Shown: positions 26,957 to 35,800 of the stretch, one piece after another
How positions within the stretch are numbered: position 1 is the stretch's first letter
How the letters are laid out: the number at the start of each line of letters is the position of its first letter
Source: a virus
Lineage: Duplodnaviria; Caudoviricetes
DNA length: 64,000 nucleotides
Direction: 5' to 3' (one strand)
IMG/VR virus record: IMGVR_UViG_3300031867_000044
Span: 3,226-67,225 of that record
The notes under the pieces: generated by a model
Seen by the model: the letters and a program-made list of their open reading frames with translations, nothing else
Databases searched by the model: none
Told to the model about the DNA's origin: nothing
Made by a program: the position numbers and the translations under genes

Positions 26957-27388
26957 ATGGGAAGAATGGGTAATACATTCGGAAGCCAGACGGTAAGCGC
27001 AGGTCACGCCCGTAAGGTGTGGCGCGAGGTGAAAGACCAGTTCCCCGCAGGTGGAGTGGTCGCAAATCTTAGCGACTGGCTGACAGGTGGCGTAGGCAAG
27101 ATTCCCGCAGGTACTTTCTGTAAGTGGGAAGACCTTGGCGCGAACGGTGGCAAGAAGGTGACTTGCTACAAAGCCTCGCAGATTACTGGCACAGCCGACG
27201 CTGCCGCCTTGGCCGCTCTCGGCATCAATGGTGCTACTCTCTATGACATTGACATTGAGGCTGGCGAGACCGTCGGCACTGCAACTGTCATTTACGCAGG
27301 TGAATACTACTCTTATATGGTTGACGCTAACGTTCTGGCCAAGGTGAAGGACATTGCGGCTCTCAGTGAGATTAAGTTTGTGTCTTGA
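26957..27388 (+). CDS. head decoration/cement protein
   Basis: 143 aa immediately before the major capsid gene (lambda D position). Confidence 0.6.
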   Translation: MGRMGNTFGSQTVSAGHARKVWREVKDQFPAGGVVANLSDWLTGGVGKIPAGTFCKWEDLGANGGKKVTCYKASQITGTADAAALAALGINGATLYDIDIEAGETVGTATVIYAGEYYSYMVDANVLAKVKDIAALSEIKFVS

Positions 27389-27395
27389 TTTGTGA

Positions 27396-27426
27396 GCGGC
27401 GGCACAACCGCCGCCTGCGAGGAAAG
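27396..27426 (+). repeat. hairpin repeat family, copy 6
   Basis: GCGGCGG-CACAA-CCGCCGC-CTGCGAGGAAAG. Confidence 0.8.
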
Positions 27427-27460
27427 ACGAGTAATTAACAATTAAAGACAGGATAACATT

Positions 27461-28648
27461 ATGAATACGAATCCTATTGGACTATTTTCGGTGTTTGACA
27501 ATGGTCTTGGCGGTCTCGACTGGCAGTCGTGGGTGGACAGATACGAGGAGAAATATGATGCCGTTCAGATTGACGGTTTCGAGAAGGCTCCCACCACTCT
27601 GAACTACACCTTCGCACAGCTGATTGCGAGCACAGGAGCCAAGGCATTGCCCACATGGGTAGACCCTGAGTCTCCAGGCTACGAGGCTGCCCTGAACCAG
27701 TTGAGCGGTCAGACTGGTAACATTCCTACGGGTAAGCGTTACTATCGTTTCAACCGCACTATCATCAACGAGCAGCTGCAGCTCATCCAGCGTTACGGCA
27801 ACGTGGCTCTCACTCCCGACATGGAGGAGATTTTCATGGGCTTGAACGACGAGGGTACTGACGGTCTGATTCAGATGTACTACAACGCCCTGACGCACAT
27901 CCGTAACCAAGTGGTGTCGAAGGGTAAGTTCTCTTTGACCAGCGTGAACAACCCCCGTGGCTTGCAGGGTATTGACATTGAGTTCGGTATCGCACAGAAC
28001 CACTTTGACGTGCTGACCGGCACTGCCCGTTGGTGGACGAATGACGGCCATACCACTGAGGGTAGCGCATCAGACCCGATTGAGTATTTGAAGCAGCGTG
28101 TGAAGACCATCCGCAAGGTGTTCCACTATGTAGGCGGCTTGAAGATGGAAATCTCGCAAGACTTGTGGGATGACATGCTGGGCCACTCTAAGGTGCTGAG
28201 CCGTATGGGTATCTACTTCTATCCGACCACCACTGACGCGCAGACCCGTCTGAGCGCCATCCAGGACAAGGACGAGGATGCCTTCAAGGAGGCTATCCGC
28301 AGAATTATCAAGGTGGACGAGATTGTGGTGCGTGACACCTATGCCTTCGTAGATGCTCCGGGCAACAACGCCGACGGCGATCCCGACATCATCACTACTC
28401 GTATTGAGAACTTCGACTCGAAGAACGTGGCCTTCATTCCTACTGGCCGTATCGGTGACATTCAGGGCGTACAGCCTCTGAGCATCGGCTACGATGCAGA
28501 CAAGGTGGCCTACTACGATGGTGGTCGTCTGCTGCTGACCCAGCGTGCGAACCCGAAGACCAAGAGCGTGTATATCGAGTCTGAGTTTGCTCAGATTTGT
28601 GTTCCTAGCGTTCCACAGTGGATGTTTATCTCGACTGTGACGGCGTAA
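27461..28648 (+). CDS. major capsid protein (gpE-like)
   Basis: 395 aa; IDIEFGI, SASDPIEYL; position; biased codon use. Confidence 0.8.
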   Translation: MNTNPIGLFSVFDNGLGGLDWQSWVDRYEEKYDAVQIDGFEKAPTTLNYTFAQLIASTGAKALPTWVDPESPGYEAALNQLSGQTGNIPTGKRYYRFNRTIINEQLQLIQRYGNVALTPDMEEIFMGLNDEGTDGLIQMYYNALTHIRNQVVSKGKFSLTSVNNPRGLQGIDIEFGIAQNHFDVLTGTARWWTNDGHTTEGSASDPIEYLKQRVKTIRKVFHYVGGLKMEISQDLWDDMLGHSKVLSRMGIYFYPTTTDAQTRLSAIQDKDEDAFKEAIRRIIKVDEIVVRDTYAFVDAPGNNADGDPDIITTRIENFDSKNVAFIPTGRIGDIQGVQPLSIGYDADKVAYYDGGRLLLTQRANPKTKSVYIESEFAQICVPSVPQWMFISTVTA

Positions 28649-28669
28649 ACCTCTAAGACGTGGAATCAG

Positions 28670-29023
28670 ATGGCAAGCAGCTACACGATACGTACATTCC
28701 TGATGGGCATTTCTCCGCTAGTTACGGAGGAAGCCCTAAGGTATGTATGTGCCCGTCGCGACATTGACGAAGACGCAAGCGTAAGCAGTGTAAGCGAGCG
28801 TGACATGGACTTGGCCGAGGGCACGATGTACTATTGGCTCTCGAACCTTCCTGTCGGCGGCTCTACGGAAAAGGTTGCCGACGGCGGATGGAGCCACAGC
28901 GAAGGCGGCTGGACGGTATCGAAGGCAAATATTGAAGAATGGATGCGTAAGTACCGCCAGTTGTTTGCGAAGTGGGACGAGGCCCTGCTTGACCGCAGCC
29001 GAATCAGGATTATCAACCTCTGA
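28670..29023 (+). CDS. head-tail adaptor
   Basis: Position; EKVADGGWSHSEGG motif. Confidence 0.6.
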   Translation: MASSYTIRTFLMGISPLVTEEALRYVCARRDIDEDASVSSVSERDMDLAEGTMYYWLSNLPVGGSTEKVADGGWSHSEGGWTVSKANIEEWMRKYRQLFAKWDEALLDRSRIRIINL

Positions 29024-29436
29024 TGAGCATGGGCAGACTAGGCAAGACATTTATCCGTTTTCCGCACCAATGCGAGATCTACTACTACGAAGGCTATACC
29101 GGCTACGAGGGAGACGATGAGCTGGCAACGCTGAAGCGAGTGGTATGGCGTGGGAAATGCCGTAAGGAGAGCAACACCAGCGTCCGAACGTTCAAGGGCT
29201 CAGACTCGGTGCTGAAAAGCGACTACCGCGTTCAGCTTGGAACGGATTCTTGTTGCTGTGATGCGGCTCCAGACGGAGGGATGAACGGAGAGTGCGGCGC
29301 TATAGTTGGTGGTATCATGGCAGGAATGCTCATAGACATCACCGACGGCAACGGCACTTTCACCGGTCTTACCATCAGCGATGCCTACTGCGGGCAGCTT
29401 GGTACGACAGTTTATTGCGACGATCCGAAGAACTAA
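29023..29436 (+). CDS. head closure/stopper protein
   Basis: Position; RFPHQCEIY...QLGTTVY. Confidence 0.5.
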   Translation: MSMGRLGKTFIRFPHQCEIYYYEGYTGYEGDDELATLKRVVWRGKCRKESNTSVRTFKGSDSVLKSDYRVQLGTDSCCCDAAPDGGMNGECGAIVGGIMAGMLIDITDGNGTFTGLTISDAYCGQLGTTVYCDDPKN

Positions 29437-29443
29437 TGACGAT

Positions 29444-29839
29444 ATGAGTAACAGATATAAGCGCAAAGAGGTGATGATGGCACTGGAAGGCAAGGCTTCC
29501 GCAGCCAGCGGCCACGTATTCCGCAACAACCGGCCTACCGCGAAGGCAACAGAGCGGATGAAGGACTTTGTTGTGGTGCGCCTGCCGCAAGGCATAGACC
29601 CCTATGCCGACACTCACAACATTGCCTACGTGCAATTTGTCTGCTTTACGAAAGACCGCCAGGAGGGCATCGAGGACATTGAGAAAACGGAGTCGATGAT
29701 AGAGGCCATCACCGCTCAGATACCTTTTGACGACGCACTGATGAGCTGCAACCAGAAACCATCCGTGCTGAATACGACCAGCGACGGCATGGGATTTCAC
29801 TCGACGATAATACAAACAAAGATTGTAATTAAGGTATAA
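29444..29839 (+). CDS. tail terminator-like protein
   Basis: Position before the major tail gene; ATG at 29444 in the frame of ORF 29381..29839. Confidence 0.5.
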   Translation: MSNRYKRKEVMMALEGKASAASGHVFRNNRPTAKATERMKDFVVVRLPQGIDPYADTHNIAYVQFVCFTKDRQEGIEDIEKTESMIEAITAQIPFDDALMSCNQKPSVLNTTSDGMGFHSTIIQTKIVIKV

Positions 29840-29855
29840 AGAAAGGATAACGATT

Positions 29856-30416
29856 ATGGCAATAACAATCACAAATAAAGAGACGCTGAAGCAGATTTTC
29901 GACAAGGTGAACCGCGTCTACTATTTTTCAGAGGCTAATGTGGCCCTTTCTGCTCAGACTACGGCCATGGAGCTCCCCGTGCTTGAGGACGGCGTGACCT
30001 TTGACACTGGTGAGGCAGAGATTTCGGAAGTGAAGCTGACCGACGGAACCACATGGACATCTAAGACCACTCAGGGAGAGAGTGACATTGCATTCCAGGT
30101 GAGTTCGGTACACGCGACCGTTAACGACCTGCTGATGGAGAAGAAGACCTCTTCGGCGATGAGCGCCAGCTTTGACGGCATGAGCTATACTGGCCATGGC
30201 TACTCTCTTGCTCCGAAGAAGGTGACCGGCGCATTGCTGATGACCAGCGAGGACAAGACCACCGCCATCTATCTGCCTAACGTGGAGATGCACGCCTCGT
30301 TCAACGGCGAGGGCGGCGATGACTCTACCGGCTACTACAATGTGGCAGTGACTCCGCTTACGGACACCAGCGGCGCAGCTTTCTACCCGTTGGTAGGCAC
30401 AGCCACGAACGGTTAA
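29856..30416 (+). CDS. major tail tube protein
   Basis: 186-aa beta-rich, acidic protein in the canonical position. Confidence 0.7.
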   Translation: MAITITNKETLKQIFDKVNRVYYFSEANVALSAQTTAMELPVLEDGVTFDTGEAEISEVKLTDGTTWTSKTTQGESDIAFQVSSVHATVNDLLMEKKTSSAMSASFDGMSYTGHGYSLAPKKVTGALLMTSEDKTTAIYLPNVEMHASFNGEGGDDSTGYYNVAVTPLTDTSGAAFYPLVGTATNG

Positions 30417-30497
30417 GGCTTTTAGGGTAAAAAGTGTTAGGATAACGGCAGAGGGGCGGGCGGATATTCCGCTACGTCCCTCTATTATTAAGATGCT

Positions 30498-30986
30498 ATG
30501 GCAAAAAAAGAGAAAGTGATTAAAGAAGCTACCTCCGAAGACCGCAAGGCGCTCTTGTCGGTGACTGAGAACCAGAGTGACGAGGTGACAGTGCGTGGCA
30601 AGACATTTCGTGTGAGATGGATGCACCCATCGACTACAGACTGGATTTCGGCCTTGATGGAGAAAGACGGCAACGACAGCAAGGTGCTTGCTCAGTGCGC
30701 AGCTCTGATAGTGCTGAACGGTTTTTGGCGTTCTCATCTATTCTACTGGCTGTTGTGGCGTTGGTTCTACTATGTGAAGCAATATAATGCCGAGGAGCTG
30801 ACCCCGCTGTTTGACATGGCTCAAAAAAAAACGGCGCAGGCGGCGGCTCCGGCATACTTGAACGCTATGATATTACTAACCGCGTTGAACACTCTGAAAA
30901 AGCAAACGACAAAAGCGGAAGCCGAGCGTACCCTTCGCGAACTTCGTATGGGCAACGATGGGAAATCGCCCAAAAGCACGGCATAG
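30498..30986 (+). CDS. tail assembly chaperone (G-like)
   Basis: Follows the tail tube gene; A9 run at 30823-30831. Confidence 0.65.
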   Translation: MAKKEKVIKEATSEDRKALLSVTENQSDEVTVRGKTFRVRWMHPSTTDWISALMEKDGNDSKVLAQCAALIVLNGFWRSHLFYWLLWRWFYYVKQYNAEELTPLFDMAQKKTAQAAAPAYLNAMILLTALNTLKKQTTKAEAERTLRELRMGNDGKSPKSTA

Positions 30987-31300
30987 ACACCGGCCCCCTG
31001 AAGCTGTTCGGTATTCCGATTAGCGGGATGATGTACTATGTGAACTGGGTGCTGACGACGGCTCAACTGGAGTTGCTTGCTGCCGACGTGAGCGTGGTGG
31101 ACTATGATCACGGCAATCATAAAGACAAGAAACACAAGAAAGGTGAGTTTGACGATAGCGATGCTGACGCTGGCGCGGTGAAGCGTGCCAATGAGAAATG
31201 GCTTGATAAGTACGGAAGCGGCGACGGTGCCGGTTGGAGCAGCGTTAGTGACATTCTAGGCAAAGACATACACACAGACGTTGGATTGAACTTAAAATGA
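30830..31300 (+). CDS. T-like chaperone extension (-1 frame)
   Basis: The -1 frame has no stop from 30830 to 31300; its first ATG is at 31028. Confidence 0.5.
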   Translation, partial: NGAGGGSGILERYDITNRVEHSEKANDKSGSRAYPSRTSYGQRWEIAQKHGIDTGPLKLFGIPISGMMYYVNWVLTTAQLELLAADVSVVDYDHGNHKDKKHKKGEFDDSDADAGAVKRANEKWLDKYGSGDGAGWSSVSDILGKDIHTDVGLNLK

Positions 31301-31316
31301 CAAAAAGAGAAGCTAT

Positions 31317-31835
31317 ATGGAAGATAGATATACGTTGCTGATGCAGAAAGAAGGCGGCAGTGTGGTGAACAGCTACACCGAATGGGGTATTGTGTGCTGC
31401 AAGGTGCCGTTCAAGGCAGGCGGCAAGACGAAAGAGCTGGCAAAGAGGGACTGGAAGGACGAGCATGGCGAAGATGTGTACATTCCGAACCAGCTTCGGA
31501 TGGAAGGTTATGATGCCGAGTTCGAGCTGGCATATAAGGGTGAGGAGTTGTCGAGCAATGCGTTTAACCTCTCGAAAGCGGCCCGCCAGATAGATGATTT
31601 CAAGAAATGGCTCTCGGGCAACGACACGGAGAATGGCAGTGGTGCTTCGCTAGTAGTGTATTCCCCCTACTCCACCATTGGGCGGAAATGCTATCTGCTG
31701 GAGATCAGCGATGAAGACCCTTGTCTGATGGTCAAGGGAGAAGGCGGCAATATGTATAATGAGAACGTCGTTACCTTTAAGGTGACATTCCGTGTGTATG
31801 ACCCTATGACAAACATTGCGCTGTATGAGGGGTGA
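31317..31835 (+). CDS. distal tail-like protein
   Basis: PFKAGGKTKELAKRDWKDEHGEDVY...FKVTFRVYDP pattern of Bacteroidetes phage tail proteins. Confidence 0.6.
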   Translation: MEDRYTLLMQKEGGSVVNSYTEWGIVCCKVPFKAGGKTKELAKRDWKDEHGEDVYIPNQLRMEGYDAEFELAYKGEELSSNAFNLSKAARQIDDFKKWLSGNDTENGSGASLVVYSPYSTIGRKCYLLEISDEDPCLMVKGEGGNMYNENVVTFKVTFRVYDPMTNIALYEG

Positions 31836-32352
31836 TAATGCCAAGACGCTGGAGAACGGTTTTGCGAAAGGTTTGCGGATGATAGAGGATGTGCTCTTCA
31901 ACTCGCTTGCCGACTCTGCCGACGCATTGCTGAGACGAGTAGCCACGAACCGACAGTTTATCGGTTTTACGGGTAACACGCAGACGAGCTACGCCTGCGG
32001 TGTGTACGTGAATGGCAAACTGGTGCATGTGGCCGTGCAAACGAACTGGACCGAACCTACAGTGCGTATGAAGGTGCAGAAGGGGAAGGTGGTGTTTCTG
32101 AACAATCCCTATGAGGGTGTACCGAGAGCCGTGAAAGGCCGTGTTGACATTGAGGAAAACCACGGTCTTGCATTATCTCTGAAACAGCTGGAGGAATACC
32201 GTGCTCCGCGGAAAGGTCTTGCGCTGATGATGACGACAGGAACGGAGTATTCGGTATATATAGAGCAGTCGATGAGCCTTGACGTGCTGACAAATACCTG
32301 GAAGGAAGCCGCAAAGGTGATAGAAAGGAACTGGAAGAAGATAGACGCATAG
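31825..32352 (+). CDS. neck/tail completion protein (HK97 gp10-like)
   Basis: FTGNTQTSYACGVY...YSVYIE motif. Confidence 0.55.
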   Translation: MRGDNAKTLENGFAKGLRMIEDVLFNSLADSADALLRRVATNRQFIGFTGNTQTSYACGVYVNGKLVHVAVQTNWTEPTVRMKVQKGKVVFLNNPYEGVPRAVKGRVDIEENHGLALSLKQLEEYRAPRKGLALMMTTGTEYSVYIEQSMSLDVLTNTWKEAAKVIERNWKKIDA

Positions 32353-32405
32353 TATAAAATAATCTAAAAATACGGTGCCGGATAAGGTCTTTTCTGATGT
32401 ATTTT

Positions 32406-32413
32406 GTACATTT
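32406..32413 (+). promoter_or_regulatory. moron promoter -7 element
   Basis: TACATTTG about 23 nt before ATG 32437. Confidence 0.55.
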
Positions 32414-32436
32414 GCAGCAAACAAACAAATACAGCT

Positions 32437-32703
32437 ATGAAGAAATTACCTTATTTATCACTGCGTGTATTCGCACTCATTTTGTTTTTTGGCGGTATTA
32501 TTCTAGCCATTTATTGTTCATATTCAGCTTGGGATTTCAAGATACATCACTACCATAGAGACTCCGTAGGCGAGTTTTTATGGAATGCCGGAACGGTGGC
32601 ATCGATAGCCGTCTCGCTGAGTTCCATTGTTGTGTGCGGTCTGTCTTATGTGGTGGAGGCTGCATGTAAATACATAGAGCGTGTGGACGAGGAGGAAGAA
32701 TAG
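32437..32703 (+). CDS. two-TM moron protein
   Basis: AT-rich; own promoter and terminator; acidic tail. Confidence 0.7.
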   Translation: MKKLPYLSLRVFALILFFGGIILAIYCSYSAWDFKIHHYHRDSVGEFLWNAGTVASIAVSLSSIVVCGLSYVVEAACKYIERVDEEEE

Positions 32704-32730
32704 TTAATTGCCTTATAGATAATATTTTGC

Positions 32731-32760
32731 AAAGATACGCTTGGCGGCGTATCTTTTTTT
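32731..32760 (+). terminator. intrinsic terminator
   Basis: AAAGATACGC-TTGGCG-GCGTATCTTT followed by a T run. Confidence 0.75.
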
Positions 32761-32860
32761 TGTCCCATTTTGCAAATAATCAGCCATAAATTTACTAATA
32801 TGCTCTTTTTTACTATTTTTGGCGCAAAAATAGTATATATTATAAATTCGGGATAACAAT

Positions 32861-35800
32861 ATGGCAAACTTGGGTACATTGTGGTTTGGTGCGGATATTG
32901 ATTTGGCCAGACTCCAGCAGAAGATAAACCAAGGCAATCAGAGCCTGCTGAATGCCTTGAAGATGAACTACGACCCTCAGAGCTACCAAGAAATGGTGAA
33001 CCGGCTTCGCAGCAATCTGGCAAGAGAGACGTTTGAGATAAAGATACAGGCAGACACACGTCGTGTTGTGCAGAACATTCAGAATGCCACCAAGGTTCCA
33101 CAGGTAGGCCAGTTGCCCAGCATGGACGCGCTGAACGAGAAGATAGCCAGGCAGAAGGCTCTTGTCAATGCGCTGACGGAGACCGTGGAAAGGCACCGCA
33201 TAGCGTGGCAGCGTCTTGGCGGCAATGACCGCAAGAACACCTTTTTGGACTCGAAGAAAGAGCTTGCGATGGAGAAGCGTGCTTTGGCTGACTTGGTGTC
33301 TCGCCGCGAAGCGATGCGCCACACAGCGCAAGACTCCATACTGAGTCTTCGGAAGGAAGCCGCAGAACATCGTAACGCAGCCCGGGCGGCGGCAGAAGCG
33401 GCCAAGCAGAAGCGCGAGGCCATCAGGCAGACAAATGCAGATCACATCAGACTGAACCAGACGCTTGCTGGCGGCATACATATCTCGACACAGCTTGGCA
33501 GCGCTTTGAGTTCTCTCTTTGCCGTTCACGCAGCGAGACAGTTCCTCGGGAACGTGATAGAGATAGGCGGTCAGTTGGAACGCCAGCGTATTAGCATCGG
33601 CGCTATTCTTGGCGATACGGTGAAGGCATCGCACCTGTTTGAGCAGATTAAGGGTCTTGCATTGAAGTCGCCTTTTGGTGTGGTAGAGCTTGACCAATAT
33701 ACCAAGCAGCTGTCGGCCTACGGGTTCAGATATAACGAGCTGTTTGACATGACAAAGCGCCTAGCGGACATCTCGGCAGGAGCCGGAACGGACATTGGGC
33801 GACTGACCCTGGCTTTGGGACATGTGCGTAGTGCCACCTATCTGACTGGTATCACCTTGCGTCAGTTCTCGATGAACAATATCCCCATGCTGAAGATGCT
33901 AGCCGACTACTACTCAGAGGTTGAGAAGAAGGCAGTGAGCACGGCTGAGGTTCAGAAGCGTATCTCGAAGCGTCAGGTGAGTTACGAGGACGTGATAGAG
34001 CAGATACGCAGGCTGACTGACGAGGGCGGCATGTTCTACAACATGCAGGAAAAGATTTCGGAGTCGCTATCAGCCAAGTTCAAGAACCTGAAAGATGCCA
34101 TGGACATCATGTATGGCGAAATGGCAGAAGGCGGTATTGGTGACATTCTGAAAGATACTGCCGCAGGATTGCTACAACTGACAAGACACTGGAAAGAGAT
34201 AGCTGCTGTGATGAGTGTCGCAGCCACGGCATTCTTGCTGAATAAATCCTATATTGGATTGAATGCTATTGCCATGCAAGGCAATACTGCCGCGACGCTT
34301 AAGCAGATTATGGCCGACAAGAAACTTGCCGCCAACCAGTTGCAAGCAGCATCAAGGTATCGCGCTCTAACGGCAGAAGAACGAATCCGCGTGATGTCGG
34401 CAAACACGCTGACAGCCGCAAATTTACGGCAGGCGCTTGTATCGGGTAAGCTCACAAAGGATGATTTACTCAGACTGGTGGCCTTGAAGAAAATCAATAT
34501 TGCACAGGCTATGCACATCGTCGGTGTGAATGGCATCACTGCGGCCGAGATACGTGCCGCAGCCGCAGCCAAACGCTGGAAGGTAGCTTTGGATAGCGTG
34601 CGCATGTCGCTGAAGAATGCCTTTATGGGCATGGGCGTAGGTACATGGGCTACTCTTGGCGCGATGGTAGGTATGGAAATCTATACGGCCTACAGCTCTT
34701 GGGTAGAGCGCATTGAGGGCAAGGCTAATGAGATGAAAGACCTGATTAAGTCGCGCATTGTGGACTTAGAGAAGTTGCAGAAATCTCTTAATGCAGAAGG
34801 GAAGCCCAAGGATGACGTAGGACTAAAGAACCGTGTTGCCGACATGAAGCAGGTGCTTGCCAACTCGGAGGTATACACCAAGACGCTTGATGACCAGCTG
34901 AGGAAAGCTGGCAGCATGTCGGCCCAATATGACATCCTTTCCAAGACTATCGGTGATATTGCCGAGAAGAACCGTAAGGCTCTAGACTATCAGGACAGGG
35001 CAGCAGAGATGATAAAAGCCAGCTCGTTCCTTCACCCCGGAGACAAATGGGACAATATGGTCTGGGGATGGGCAGACTCCATTGTGAATGATGACATCGG
35101 CGAGAACCTGTCGCAAGCAATGGACGCATACAAGAACCTGAGAGCGACGATAGACGGCTTGTGGGAGTATCGCGAAGCATTGAAGAGCGTTATAGAGGAG
35201 ATGGTGGCCAGCGGCGAGGTGAGTGAGGACTTTAAGCGCCAGCTGGACGGAGCCTCTCTGGAGGAGCAGATACGCATATTGGCAGACAGCGACTACTGGG
35301 AAAAGATAGTGGCCAAGGTGACAGGCCTGAAACCCACGTTTGCCGACTTCGCAGACGACCTGAAAGAATCGTCGGACAGCGTTACGAGACGCTGGGAAGA
35401 GATAGCCGATGACGACATCCCAAGGATGATGGAAAAGGCCGCCAAAGACATGAACATGAGCGAGAAGGACTTGCGAGAGTGGGCAAACACGAACGTTGAC
35501 GACTTCAAGATGATGCTGGAGGGCATCTTAGACCAGCTTGACGCTAAAGAACCGTGGATAAGGAAGCAGTTGAAGCGGATAGCCTACGACTATGTTACGT
35601 TTGGCAAGATAGACCGTGCCATCATCGAAGGTGAGCAGGTAGGGCGCAGTATTTTTGGTGACGACGACGTGCTGAAGAAGCTGCTGGACGAAGACGAGAA
35701 GGCCGACATCAAAGACGATGCTCCTGGCGCAGACAAGGGCAAAGACAAGAACAAGAAAGACACAGCGCTGGAAGCTGCCAAGACCAAGCTGGCAGAGTAT

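Noticed and set aside
30960-30966. GGGAAAT as the lambda-like slippery site
   Set aside because: It is out of phase for X-XXY-YYZ in the chaperone frame; A-AAA-AAA at 30824 is in phase.
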